A stretch of 64,000 nucleotides of DNA from Octopus vulgaris. Its lineage: Eukaryota. The DNA is taken from assembly GCA_951406725.2 (NCBI GenBank), contig OX597824.1:70308001-70372000 (forward strand). Reading direction: 5' to 3'. This document shows positions 1-14,617 of the stretch, piece after piece. Position numbers and translations under genes: made by a program. Under the pieces are notes generated by a model, which saw only the letters and a list, made by a program, of their open reading frames with translations, was not told the origin of the DNA and made no database searches. How positions within the stretch are numbered: the stretch's first letter is position 1; each line of letters begins with the position of its first letter.

Positions 1-501
1 TAGCAGAGGGTGGAGGAATGGGGGAAGCAGTGGGTTGCAGAGGCAGGTAGGAAGGAAGGTATTGGGAAGTAATTGGTGATGGTGGTGGTGGTGGAGGTGG
101 CAGTGGTGGTGATGGTGGTGGTGGTGGTGATGGTGGTGGTTGTGGTGGTGGTGGTGGTTTCTACAAACAGCAAGGGCTGCTGTTAGCTGGAAGCTTTAGG
201 AATTGATGGTAGAAGGTGGTGGTGGTGGTGGTGGTGGTGGTGGTGTTGGGGAGGGGGGGCTACCTATGGTGGGAGGTAGAAAGGAACTTGTTACCTCCTT
301 TTGTGTGTGTGTATGTGTGTGTATGTGTGTGTGTGTATGTGTGTGAGTGTGTGTCAATGGGATGTGGGTATGTGGTATTGAGAGAGTGATGTCAGGAGGG
401 AGGGAGAGACAGAAGATGGCAGAGAGAAAAGACAGAATGGATGGAACTAACAAAGAAATTAGAGTGAAGAATGTATATATTGGAGAGAGAGAGAGAGAGA
501 G

Positions 502-550
<49 letters not shown>

Positions 551-798
551 AAGAAACTGAGATAGACAGGAAAACAATATCATTCAGCATGATGCCAATT
601 TCTACAGTTATGTTTGTGTGCATATATGTATGTACATGTGTCCTATGTATATGTATGTATCTATGTGTGTGTGTGAGCTTGTGTGCATATATATGCATGT
701 GTGTGTGCATGTATATATATATATATATATACACACACATACAGACACAAATACATATACACACACATATACATACATGCACACATATACATACATAT

Positions 799-831
<33 letters not shown>

Positions 832-987
832 TACATACATACATATATACATATATAATGTAGTCTTTGGTGATGGCCAGTCAGAATGTTATCATTGGTT
901 TTGCAGCTATTATGCTCTTAACAATATCAGACTCATCAGACCACCAGCTGGAGCCACATAACCTCTTTGTGCATATCTATCTATCTA

Positions 988-1020
<33 letters not shown>

Positions 1021-1422
1021 ATCTATCTACATACATATATACATACAAACATTACTTTCTCTCTAAGCATAATCATAAAAGTATAAAATTGAGATTTAAC
1101 ACAAATAGGAGTATTATAATTTATATTGAGTATATATAAAACTATGTATATATACATTCAAGCTTAAGGTATATACATACACAAAGAGAGACATATGTTC
1201 GGATATGCAAATGAGGGAAGGAAAGTACCCAATACAAGTTGCAGATTTATATTTATTTATTAAAGAAACTGATGCACCAAGCCTTCTATCACTACATTTT
1301 AGTTTTCCATTTCTGTTTAGCTTCTTCTGCTGTGGAGAAGGGAAAAATGGTACTCAGATACTCAGAATAAATATACAGACACAACGAAGAAAAACCAAGC
1401 AGATATAAATATATGTATATAA

Positions 1423-1455
<33 letters not shown>

Positions 1456-1829
1456 GTAAAGGCACTTTGCTTAGTGGTTAGGGTGTTACACTCATGATTG
1501 CAAGATCTTGGTTTCGATTCTCAGACTAGGCATTGCGTTATGTTCTTGAGCAAAACACTTTGTTTCATGTTGGTCTGTGATCATTTCATCATCCGAACAT
1601 GCGGCATGTCATGCCCCTGTACATGTAACGTAATGTTGATTTGATGGAAGGAGTTAGCTTGTGAGTACACAGACATTTGATCACTATAAACAAATCATCT
1701 GTGTGGTTGTTAAGCAAAAAATTGCAGATCTCACATACGTTATCAAATGACAGGAGAATCCATGATATATGTACATGTATATATGTGTGTATATAAATAT
1801 GTGTGTGTGTATATATATATATATATATA

Positions 1830-2020
1830 GTTAATCCAAACATGAAAACACAATGCGAGGATGTGGAACAAGTATAGTGTTATTGGACACTCAGGAAAGG
1901 AAAGAAAGAAGGAGGATTTACGGTTTGAGCGGAGCTCTTCGTCAGAAACATAGGAAAAGGAAAGATCCAAGGAAGGGAAGACAGAGGAAAAAAAATCGCC
2001 AACGATACACACATGGTCAT
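1830..2020 (-). mobile_element. Third copy of the hammerhead-bearing repeat; CTGACGA intact, GAAAC half damaged (1915-1949)
   Basis: Reverse complement aligns with 51724-51924. Confidence 0.7.
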
Positions 2021-3254
2021 ATATATAATATGTATGAATTATACACACACACACACACACACACATATATATTATATATAAACACATACATACACACACA
2101 TTTGTATACCTACTCAATTGTGTATGTAATATACATTAGAATATTTATATATATAGTATGAGAAAGACAGTGATAAGCATATAGGCAGATAGATATATAG
2201 ATGGACAGACAGACAGAAAGATAGATAGATAGATAGACTGATAGACTGATAGACAGATAAACAGACAGACAAGTATCACTACTTTGTTCATCAATGTTTT
2301 AACATCTACTTTTGTATGCTGGCTTGGGTCAGATAAAAACTCACTGAGACAGATTTCTTAGGGCTGGGTATCCTTTCTTTTGCCAACAGTCACCTGTTTC
2401 CAAGGAAGGTGAAAATATGTTCTATATTCTTCAAACACATATAATTGAGCAGGTTATTATTTTTCAAAGAACAAGGGGGAGATATAACTTAGCTTGGAAA
2501 CATAGGTGAAGGTTAGTGACAGATAGAGCATCCAGTCATAATTCATCTGACCCATTTGCAAGCATGGAAAACTGAATGTTAACATGTTGTAACGATGACA
2601 CATGATTACAGAATTCCCCGTTAGAGGTAGATTCTCAAAAACACGAATGTCTATGTAATAAAGGATAAGGCTATATTTTTCAAAATTAATAAGAAAATAT
2701 CTGTAGATAATTTATATCATGAATAACAATGAAGTGAAAGATGAGTTAAGGCATCTATTTATTATAATTTCAGTCAGCTCAAATATGATTTGTTACTAAA
2801 GGCAATGTATGGATAATCACAAACTTTCTAGAAGTGACCACCCCTGCTCTTTTTATTCATATATATATATATATATATAGTATGTCTAGGACAACATTAT
2901 TCAACAGATTTTCTCCCATATTTAGGGTGGAAGCACATGGCTTAGTGGTTAGGGTGTTGAACTCATGATAGTAAGCTTGTGGTTTCGATTCTTGGACCGG
3001 GCAACCTGCTGTGTTCTTGAGCAAAACACTTTATTTCACATTGCTCCAGTCCACTCAGCTGGCAAAAATGAGTAATCCTGCGATGGACCAGCGTCCCATC
3101 CAGGTGGGGAATTTATATGCCATAGAAGCCAGGAAACCAGCCTCTATGTGTTAGCAAGACTCAAGAAGGTTACTTTTACCTCTACCATATTTGGCCCTTC
3201 TTATACCAACCTACTTGAGACCATACCTGGTTCTGTGATTCAATTTTCTCATTT

Positions 3255-3730
3255 TAAAGTAATCAAAACTAAAACCTTTCTCTAAAATTTCATGTTAATT
3301 TATGTTCCAAAACTCGGCTTAATAATGACAAAGTTCCTTTACCAAAATTCTTCATTTACTTCAAAATTAATCAAAGAAACACAATATATATCAGTAGAAA
3401 GAAACAAGGTAACACAGGGACTGGTGTGATCTAAATTAAAACATTTCATCATTAAAAAGCTAATTTAGGCTCCAAATACCAGCCTAGTAATAACCAAATT
3501 CTTCAGTACTTTTTTTTTAATAACTGAAACAAAGCAGTGTATTTCAACAGAAATATGGTAACCAAGGGGTTAATGTGACCTAAATCAAAACCGTTCATCA
3601 AAATTTCATGCTAATTCAAGTTCCAAATACTAGAATAACAATGACAGTTATTTTACTAAAATCTTCATTGTATTTACAATTAACTGAAACAAAGGCAGTG
3701 TATTTCAGTGAAAAATATGGTAACAAAAGC
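3255..3730. repeat. Three diverged ~150-bp tandem units with a piggyBac-like end (GGTAACCAAGGGGTTAA)
   Basis: Repeated blocks AAAATTTCATG, TTCCAAA, AAATTCTTCA, TAACTGAAACAAAG and TATGGTAAC. Confidence 0.55.
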
Positions 3731-4551
3731 ATAAAAATATGTTATGAAATGGAGTGGGGAGGGGAGGTTTTGACTGTGTTTTCTAGCAAGCAATGCAACC
3801 CTGTAGAGAGACTCCCGCTTTGGCTCTCCGAATAAATTTGGTAATGAATAGAGGCAACAAAAGTTCACCTAACAGTTTGACCTTTTCTTTGTTTCCTTCA
3901 TGATAACTTAGAGGGAAGGGAACCTCAACAATTACACTAAGTAGAAGCAATTAACTACAGTATATATATATATATCAGTATATATATATATATATGTATA
4001 TATATGTAGGCGTGCATGTGTGTGTATATGATACATATATATGATTGTGTGCTGACACTCAAACAATAATACATACAAATACATATATAATTATATATAA
4101 GTAGACATACACACACACACACTAAAGTACTTTTTTATCTTTTATCGCCAGTCACTGGGCCGTCGCCATGCTGGGGCACTGCCTCAAAGACTTTTTGTTG
4201 AACAAATTTCCTCCAGTACTCATTTTTTCTTTTTAAAGTTTGGTACTTATTCAATGAGACTCTAAAGCTGAACTGCCGAGTTAAAGGGATGTAAACAAAC
4301 CAACACTGGTTGTTTAGTGGTCGGGGAGACAGACACAAACACAATCAAAAAGACACACATACATACACACATAAATACATGATAAGCCTCTTTCAGTTTC
4401 CATCTTTAAAATCCAAACAGTAGACTTTGCTTGACCTCAGGGTGTCATGCAGTGGAACTGAACCTGAAGCCAAGTGGTTGAGAAGCCAAACAATTTTGTT
4501 TCTCCAGCATGAAATTATTAGTGACTCATACTTAAATATTGTGTATATTGA

Positions 4552-4607
<56 letters not shown>

Positions 4608-4616
4608 TATATATAT

Positions 4617-4742
4617 ATAGGAAAATTGAATAAGGAGAAGAACTCGCAGGATGTGCATCTGTCGAAACATATGTTGAAGAATTCAGGATATAAATGGTTT
4701 AACAATATCCTGAGAGTTCACCTCCTTATTCAATTTTCCTAT
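4617..4742. repeat. Inverted repeat, ~36-bp arms, abutting (TA)n
   Basis: ATAGGAAAATTGAATAAGGAGAAGAACTCGCAGGAT / ATCCTGAGAGTTCACCTCCTTATTCAATTTTCCTAT. Confidence 0.85.
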
Positions 4743-4863
4743 TTTCTACTAAATTCGACTTACTATTTAATTCCTGGAACACTTAAGCAGCATTTAGCTA
4801 CCTTGTAATTAATTATTCCCCTAATTTTTCCATTGAATTGTAAACTCTTTCTCTCTCTCTCTC

Positions 4864-4898
<35 letters not shown>

Positions 4899-6340
4899 AT
4901 GATGATGATGATGATGATATATATATATATATATATATATATAAGAGAGAGAGAGAGAGAGAGAGATTATATTATATTACATTATATATACACATATATA
5001 CATAGAGAGAAGAGTGGTAGATAGATATAACACATATCTAGGCATATATGTATGTGTATATAGTATATTTATCATACACTGCCTTTTATAATAAGAGATA
5101 TATATGCATATATTTATGTATTTATTTATGCATGTATATATACATACATACATATAGATATGATTGGATAGTCAGTCATCAGTTACACCTGGGAATACAT
5201 TCAGGTATCATAAGTCTGTGTATTTGATCAAAGCTAACCTAGGGTTTAACAACAACAGCAACAACCACAACATATATAATATATATATATACGGCAGGTC
5301 CATGTAAAAGCGCCCGTGCAATGTCACGTAAAAGCACCTATGCAGTGCCATGGAAAAGCACCAAGCACACTTTTTAGAGTGGTTGACATTTGGAAGGGCA
5401 TCCAGCCATAGAAACCATGCCAAATCAAACTGGATCCTAGTACAGCTCCCCAGCTTGTCAGCTCTGGTCAAACCGTCCAACCCATGCCAGCATGGACAAT
5501 GGACGTTAAACAGTGATGATGGTAATGATATATATACATATAATATATTATATATAACTAGTACCACCCTTATTGGCCACCACTCAGCACATAAGTTCTA
5601 CCTTATGTGTCCATCTATCCATTACCCAAACAAACATCCATCCAGCCACATCAAACACTATTACAAATAGTTTCCCCAACTTTCTCAGGAGCTGTGAAAT
5701 AGATATGAAATCATATTTCTTTCTTTCTCAATAACTTTTTTGTAGTTTCTTTCCTTTATATTTTCCTTTATCATTTATTCCCTCTTTTTCTTTTGTTTCT
5801 TCATTTCTTTTTTTTCTTCATTTCTTTTTTTAATTTTTTTTTTATTTGCCTCCTTCTTTCCAGAACATTCCACTCACTGGTGCAGATAATTAAACATTGC
5901 TAACAATAGAATATTTTTCACAAAGAATTTAAAAACAGAAACTGTTATTTTGGGATCATTGTAGAATATATGTGAGTGTGTGTGTATAAGTGTGTATGTG
6001 CAGGAGGTGGTATGTAAGGTGGTTATAGCTTTGTTATTGTTGTTGTTGTTGCTGGTTTCATTTTGATATTTTAGTTTCTTCTCCTCACCCCCCTCGCCTC
6101 TGTTTTGTTCTTGTGCTTTTATTTGTTCCCCTTTGTCAACATCACCATTGTGGCTTGTGGCACTCATCATCATCATCATCTTCATTATAGTCATCATCAC
6201 TACTGTCCTCATCATCATCCTAATTAGTTTAATTTTGTAGCTATTGTTTTTCACCAACACTGGATCCCATAAGTTGGATACTCTGTGCCTAATCAAATCT
6301 AGATTTTTCATTACTAATATTCCATATTGATGCCAATAAC

Positions 6341-6373
<33 letters not shown>

Positions 6374-8729
6374 GTATTACCATCACTATTATCATTATTT
6401 TGACTTCAATTATTTCATTGTCATGTGTGTATTTGTATATATGTACATGTGTATGTGCATATATATATATATATATATATGTATGTATATATATATGGGT
6501 TTGTGACTATGTGAGAAATCAGTCAATTACCAGCCAACATCAATTATTATCAATCATCAATATCATTACTGGTCATCAATCATTGGCATCGTAACTTCAT
6601 TGACATCAATCATAAACCATCAATCACCAGGCAACATCATCATTACCAAAGATTATCATCACCATCAGTCACCATCAATCCCTGTCAGTCATCGGCACTG
6701 TCACTCATCAATCGTAAGTCATCACCACTCTTTACCACCACCACTATCATGTAACTTCATGCTGAATCTCTCAGTACAGTGATGTCTTGAACAAACGTTT
6801 TCTATCACAACCTCAGACAGGTGAAAGCCTTGTTAGAAGAAACCTTTAATTACAGATTGAATCTGTATCTTAATCCATAGCCTAATTTAACACCCAGGAT
6901 CTCGTCATCAACAGGATCATCACATATCTATTTCTTTAACATAACATTCCACGACCACTTAAATCCCTTGCCACTTACACCCATCGGACATTCTCCATAC
7001 TTTTGAGATGACCACACCCAGCTCGGTCTTCTCTCTTCCACACAACAGCATTGGTTTCCTCATACATGTGTGTATACAAACACAAACACACATGGCACAT
7101 GTATGTGTGTGCGTGTGTGGCTTCCATCCACCAAATCAACTCACAAGGCTTTTGTCAGCACAGGGCTATATTAGAAGACACCTGCAAAAGATACCAAGCA
7201 ACAGGACTGAACCTGAGACCACGATTGGGAAGCAAGATTTTCAACCACACAGCCACTCCTGATATACGATATATATTATATTCTTTTATTTGTTTCAGTC
7301 TTTTGACTGCAGCCATGTTGAAGCACCGCCTTAAAGAAATCAACCCCAGCACTTATTCTTTGTAAGCCTAGCACTTACTCTATCGGTCTCTTTTGCCAAA
7401 CTGCAGTGTATAACTGGTACTTATTTTATTGACCCCAAAAAGATGGAAAGGCAGACAACCTCAGCTGAATTTGAACTCAGGATGTACATACAGATGGATA
7501 AAATGCTGTTAAGTATTTGGCCCAACGCACTAACAATTCTGCAATAATGATGATTATGATGATAACAAATCACACCATAATTTTAAGAAAGAACCTATCC
7601 AGTACTGAAATACCCAAATGAAACTACCATAATTTAATGTGTATAAGGAACCCTTTTTTGTCAAAAATTAGGTTAAAAAGATATGGGAGTTTCTTATACA
7701 TGGACAGTATTTATAATTCCTTACAAAACCTGTTTTCTATATTTTAAGCCCCAAAATTAGGGGGTTCATTATACATGTTAAAATACGGTATATCCCAATT
7801 TACTGGTTTTGTGCCACTGTTAAGTCATTATATTATTATTATTATTATTATTATTAATAAAATTCCGCTGGGGTCAACTTTGCCTTTCATCCTTTCAGGG
7901 TCAATAAATTAAGTACCTGTGAAACACTGGGGTCAATGTAATGGCCTATAGTAGAAAGGATTATATTATTATTATTATTATTAGTGTTATTATGATTATG
8001 ATTATTATTATTATTATTTTTACTATTACTATTGTTATTATTATTATCATTGCTATAAAAGAAATGATCATCATCATCATCATCATTTTCATCGTTATTA
8101 TTGCTGTTGTTGTTGTTATTGTTAGTAGTAATAATAGTAGTGACCATTGAAATTATGCAAAGGTTAACTCAATCGGGTTCGTTTGTGACAGTGCAAAGTA
8201 AAAAAAAGTACATCACCATCATCTCCATCATATCATCATCATCATCATTAAAATCATTATCATTTCCACCACCACCAACACCATGACCATCATCATCATC
8301 ATCATCAGTGTTCACCATAAATACCCCATTGAAGGAAAGCTGCTGGGTGCATTCTTTTCAAGTATGCAAGCAAATCCAGTTTTGTGCAAATATTGAAACA
8401 TGCAAAGCACACACACACACACATGTGCACATGCATACACATGCATGCACACGGTACTCAAAAATTAAACAAATATTCATGTATGCATTTTTATATGCAG
8501 ACATGGATCGTTGCATGAATGCATGCACAAAAGGCAAGAAAGAAAGAAAAATGCACCAATGCACATGCACAATTACGCACACATACACATGTATTAATAA
8601 AGTTATCAGGTGCAATTTGAGTTAATTTATATACGTTTCATTAGTGGAAAAGCAAGTTCCATGTTTGGGTTGGTGTTTCACTTAGTTGGAGAGCAGGAAT
8701 AGCTATTTATTACACACACATATAGCAAA

Positions 8730-9040
8730 GGCACATGGCTTAGTAGTTAGGGTATTTGACTCACGATCGTAAGGTCATGAGTTCAATTCCTGGCTACATG
8801 TTCTGTCCTTCAGCAAGACATTTTATTTCACGTTGCTCCAGTCCACTCAGCTAGCAAAAAAATGAGTAGTACCTGTATTTCAAAGGGTCACCTTGTCACA
8901 TTCTGTGTCATGTTGAATATCCCTGGGGACTGTTTTAAGAGTATGGGTGTCTGTGGAGTGCTCGTTAATTTCATGAGTAGGCTGTTCCGTTGATCAGATC
9001 AACCGGAACCCTCATCTCCGTAACCAACAGAGTGCCAGTA
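8730..9040 (+). mobile_element. tRNA-derived SINE, family C
   Basis: GGCACATGGCTTAGTAGTTAG (box A)...GAGTTCAATTCC (box B)...GCAAGACATTTTATTTCACGTTGCTCCAGTCCACTCAGCT. Related copies lie near 1460-1760 (+), 2932-3180 (+), 23370-23620 (-), 52080-52378 (-), 60585-60876 (-) and 63770-64000 (-). Confidence 0.8.
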
Positions 9041-9049
9041 TATATATAC

Positions 9050-9084
<35 letters not shown>

Positions 9085-9141
9085 TATACATATATATGTA
9101 TATATATATGTATATATATATATACATATATATATATATAG

Positions 9142-9174
<33 letters not shown>

Positions 9175-9176
9175 TT

Positions 9177-9228
<52 letters not shown>

Positions 9229-9759
9229 AACATATATGTGGGTACTGGCATAGTCATGTGGTTAACATCTCTGCATTGCATTCATAAGACTCTAGGTTCA
9301 ATTCCACTGTGAAGAGAACCATGGGTACATATCTTCTATCATGGCCTTGGACCAAAACCACAAGAGTAAAATAGGGTTTTGGAAACTGTATGGAAACCCG
9401 TTTCAATTTTTTTTTCTATTTTCTTTGATGGATCTGGAGGAGAGAGAAGAATCTATGGTGTTTGTAGGCTCTCCTCCTAAACCAGTGTAACTCAATCTTT
9501 AAATGTTCCTCTTAAATCCAACACTGTTAGGAAAGACATCAGCTAAGTGTGAATTCCATAGAGCTGACATTCTGTGAAGGAAGGGCAGGCTTTCGTGATT
9601 AGTTTTGAGTGATGGGCTTATCATATTATTTGGCATACGTCATACACATTTTTCCCCACCTAAAAAGGTTCCAGAAAAATCAGCATATAATATAAAGGTA
9701 AGGCCAGGTTTGGGATATTGACAAGTGGAGGTTAAAGAAAGAACTCACCAAATTTGAAT

Positions 9760-10414
9760 CATCTTTTAACCATCTCATTGTAAAATTAAATTTCATGGAT
9801 ATTCCGGTAATGATGTTAAATTATCTACTAAAACCCAGAATTGGTATTTTTTTGCAAATCATGTTTCCTCAATAAAATTGATGTGTCTTAAACACAAACA
9901 CCTTCAAACATAACATTCCTCAACAAAACAATACAGTGGTATATAAAAGTGCTGCCTACAGTTAAGGGTAATAAATTTTGAGTCGACATATCTACTTTCC
10001 ACAGTAAAAGGGTTAAATAAAAGAGGTCCTGAGTAGAGGAAGTATTGTGGACAACTACATTTTGGATGTGTTCAAGAATAAAACACTTCATAACAATCAG
10101 AAATCAAACCAACTGAGAAGTCGTTTGGAGCATCCTTAACTGTTTTAAATCAAAATTAAATTCCATGGTTACTCCAGTGATGATGTTAAATATCTACCAA
10201 AAATAGAATTGGTATTTTCTGCAAGTCATGTTGCCTCAAAAAACTTAACAAATCTCAAAAAAAAAAAAAAAGAAAAAAAAAAGAAAGAAAAAAACACAGT
10301 TTCAGACATGACATTCCTCAACAAGAAACAGATTGGTATATAAAACTGCTTTGCACAGTTAAGGGTAATGAAATTTCAATTGGATATATCTGATATCTGC
10401 AGTAAAAGGGTTAA
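9760..10414. repeat. Two diverged direct copies (~9760-10016 and ~10135-10414) of a repeat ending CAGTAAAAGGGTTAA (piggyBac-like end)
   Basis: Shared blocks AAAATTAAATTYCATGG, GATGTTAAA, AGAATTGGTATTTT, CATTCCTCAACAA, CAGTTAAGGGTAAT and CAGTAAAAGGGTTAA. Confidence 0.65.
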
Positions 10415-10916
10415 GCCAAGGGTGATAGATTATCATATTTGATATTTTGTAAGAATAGAAAAAGAAAAATGGTATACAGAAATATCCAGACATCGGAAGT
10501 TATCCATTATGTTATGTTATGTCAGGAATGAGGACGGTGGAGATGGTGAGGATAATACTGCTAATGATGATAGTGGTGGAAGCAGTAGTGGTGATGATGA
10601 CAATGATAGTGGTGGTGGTGGTGGTGGTGGTGGGCCAGATAGTTGAGCCAGTGAGAGAGCTTCTGTGTAGACACTTGACTTGATAAAAATAAACGAAGTG
10701 TATGGCGAAGCTTGCCTCCAAACCTCATGGTTCCAGATTCAGTTACACCACATGGCACCTTGGACAAGTGTATCCTTCTACAGTCCCAGGCCAACCAAAC
10801 CTTTGAGAGAGGATTTTGTAGATGGAAATAAACAATTGCAGCATGGAAGATGTTTATAAGCCATTTAAGAAACACACACAAAAAACCATTAGATTCACTT
10901 CAATATTTAAATTTAA

Positions 10917-10967
10917 TTTGCCAAAATATTTTCGTCGCTTTGAGACTGCAACCTGTTCACTGACAAA
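10917..10967 (-). ncRNA. Minimal type-I hammerhead-like fold with non-canonical G3:C8 core
   Basis: Minus strand TTTGTCA-GTGAACA-G-GTTGC-AGTCTCAAA-GCGAC-GAA-AATATT-T-TGGCAAA: 7-bp helix I, 5-bp helix II, palindromic AATATT in place of helix III. Confidence 0.6.
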
Positions 10968-11034
10968 ATTCCATGCCACATTGTTCCAGCACACAATCTC
11001 AGATCAGGTCACTTGCTATGCAAGTACATCTCCC

Positions 11035-11067
<33 letters not shown>

Positions 11068-11862
11068 CTGTGTATATACAACACTTATAAGTTATTTATG
11101 TAGCTATGTTTACAGCTATGTGTTCCTGTTTCTCCCACTACCACTTGACAAGTGCAGTTTGTTTGTTTACATCCTCAATTTAGCAGTCCAGCATAAGAGG
11201 CTGATAGTACTAGGTTTAAAACTGAATTCATTTGACCAAAACCCTTCAAGGTAGTGTCCCAGCATGACCACAGTTCAATGCCAGAAACAAGTAAAGGCTA
11301 AAAACTACAAGGTAAAAGATGGAAGCCATATGATCCTTAAAAACAGTGTTTGAACAGAATAGGGAAGGGACACATTTGCATAGTCAATGGAGCAGCTCCC
11401 TAATGCTGTAAAATTTTCCTCGACAAGCCACTACTCACACACTTTTTAAACCAAGGGATCAGGAAGGGCATAAGCAAGGGAGCTTCAATGTAATCTATTC
11501 AAGCTTTTAGCCAACTTTGTAGCAGGCATTTACTGTATTTTTTCCCTTCCTCAACAAATTCTCGACAGTTTTTAATTAAATGGGGAATCTAACAGGACAT
11601 GTTAAAATGTGTGTGTGTGTACATATATATATATAAACATATGTGTGCATGTGTGTGTGTGTGTGTGTGTGTATACACATATACACACACACACACACAC
11701 ATATATATACACACATACATATGAATATATGAATATATACATGTATAAGTGTGTGTGTATATGCATATATATACATATGTGTAAATGCACACACACACAC
11801 ACACACATGTTCACAAACATACATAGATACACACACACACACGTTCACAAACATACATAGAT

Positions 11863-11901
<39 letters not shown>

Positions 11902-12896
11902 GGCACACATAAATACATATATAATGGTGGTAGTGGAGGTGGTTGGAATTGGGGTGGAGGTGCTGATGGTTGTAGCTACAGAGATGGTAGTAGTGGTGGC
12001 AATGGTGGTTAAAAGTGGCAGTGAGCACTTCCCCTTAGAATCTAGGTCCAACTTTTGTGGTTGACCTGACCTTTAACATAGATATATTGTGGTCCCTGTC
12101 GTTGGCAAGATAATGGTGAAGGCGGCAGTGGATAGGGTGGAGGTGGTAGAAGTGATAGTGATGGTAATGATGGCAGCAATGCTGGTAGTTGTAGTGTGGG
12201 TGGTAGCACGTCACAGTCGTGGTATTAATTGGCAGTAATGTTATAATGTTCACTATATTTAGCCCATGGTCATTCTTTATTGAGCAGATCCTTTGCTCAA
12301 AGACATTCTCGCCATGACTATCCAACTTTGATTTATTGTTTTTTTTCCCATTTGATACTGTGTACATAGGATCTTTAACCATTTATCTTTCACTTTTTTC
12401 AGTCATAGGACTACAACTATACTGGAGCACAACACCACACCTGCAAAGGGCTTAGTCAAAATCGGCCCTTGTAATTATTTTTTTCTTTTAAGCCTGGTAC
12501 TTATTTCTATTGGATCCTTTTGTTGAATTACTAAGTTAAAGGGATATAAACAAACGGTGGAGGGGAACAAGAACACACACATACACACAAACACACACAT
12601 AGACATATCTTACAGGCTTTTTTCAGTTTTTGCCAACCAAATCCACTTACAAGGTTTTGGTTTGGTCCGTGATTATAGTAGAAGACAGAAGTCCAAAGTA
12701 CTGCTCAGTGGAACTGAACCCAAGACCACATGGTTGGGAAGCAAGCTTCTTAATCACCCAACTATACCTGTTGGTTATTTTCTTTAAAACAGTAGTAGTG
12801 ATTTGTAGGAGATTTGGTTGCTATTTCTAGCAGGTTGACTAAATGCATAGTGGGTTCCTGCATGAAAGAAGTGATGTGTGAGTGCTATGTGAAGTG

Positions 12897-12998
<102 letters not shown>

Positions 12999-13279
12999 GA
13001 GAGAGAGAACTTGCATGGATTAGGGGATTAGGGTTGAGTGAAATGAAGTAGTAAAGAAAGGAGAAGAGTGTGAGAAAGAGAGTGAGTGAGAGAGAGAGAG
13101 AAAGTGAGAGAGGGAAAGAGGACTCAGACAGACAAAGAGAGAAAGATATGAAAAAAGAGACAGAGAGGACAGAGAGGGAGGGAGATAAAGAAAGAGAGAG
13201 AGAGAGAGATGACAGGAAACCATAAGTGGGTTTGAAGTCAAAGAGTGGAAGTAAGAGAAGAGGAAAAACACTGCCATGT

Positions 13280-13490
<211 letters not shown>

Positions 13491-13915
13491 TTATAGCAGC
13501 AGCAACAAAGATGTTATACAGAGAAGAAAAATTACAGAGAAAGAGGAGAGCAAGGGAGAGAAAGAGAAAGAAAAAAAGAAAGAAAGAAAGGAAGAAAGAA
13601 GGAAAGCAAGATAGAAAGAAACAACAGATATTGAGCATAAAAAGGAAAAAACAAGGAAGTCAAGTTAATGTTGTTTGAGAGTGGTTGAGAGGCATTTGTG
13701 CGGAGAAATAGCGGATCAAAGGATTAGGGTTAGGGTTAGAAGGATGTAGGGATGGCGGACTGCATAAGGAAAGATGTTAAAGTCAAGTTGTCCATTATTT
13801 TGAAATCCTTTGTGAACAATTTGGGAGGGTTAAAAAATAAAAAAATAAAGGAAGTGAGGAGGAAAGACACAAGGAAAGTAATAAGTAAAAAAGGAAAATT
13901 AGATTGTTCAAGTAC

Positions 13916-13954
<39 letters not shown>

Positions 13955-13980
13955 ATAGATAGATAGATATTCATATGTTT

Positions 13981-14018
<38 letters not shown>

Positions 14019-14019
14019 A

Positions 14020-14053
<34 letters not shown>

Positions 14054-14063
14054 AAACATATGA

Positions 14064-14096
<33 letters not shown>

Positions 14097-14111
14097 AAGT
14101 AATATCACCAA

Positions 14112-14490
14112 GGCGTAGGAGTGGCTGTGTGGTAAGTAGCTTGCTTACGAACCACATGGTTCTGGGTTCAGTCCAACTGTGTGGCACCTTATGCAAGTGT
14201 CTTCTACTGTAGCCTCGGGCCGACCAAAGCCTTGTGAATGGATTTGGTAGATGGAAACCGAAAGAAGCCTGTCATATATATGTATATATAAGTGTGTGTG
14301 TGTGTGTGTGTGTGTGAATATGTTTGTATGTGTGTGTGTCCCCAACATCGCTTGACAACCGATGCTGGTGTGTTTACGTCCCCATAACTTAGCGGTTCGG
14401 CAAAAGAGACTGATATAATAAGTAATAGGCTTACAAAGAATAAGTTCTGGGGTTGATTTGCTTGACTAAACAAGTAAAAGAGTAAAAGAG
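14112..14490 (+). mobile_element. tRNA-derived SINE, family A, near full length
   Basis: Pol III box A (TGGCTGTGTGG) and box B (GGTTCAGTCC), CORE-like GGCACCTT..GCAAGTGTCTT, internal TA/TG tract, GTAAAAGA tail. Confidence 0.85.
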
Positions 14491-14617
14491 TATATATGCA
14501 TATTGATTGGTGATATTACTTTTCCTGGATGATGGGATGGTGGTTGGTAGCAGAGGGTGTAGAAACAGGGGATACACATAAGCAAAAAATATATATGTAT
14601 ATATGTATGTATGTATA

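Noticed and set aside
13725-13740. TTAGGG telomere-like repeats
   Set aside because: Only about two and a half units; compatible with chance.
14112-14190. tRNA gene suggested by A and B boxes
   Set aside because: It is a SINE head continuing into the SINE body, present in many diverged copies, with no clean cloverleaf.
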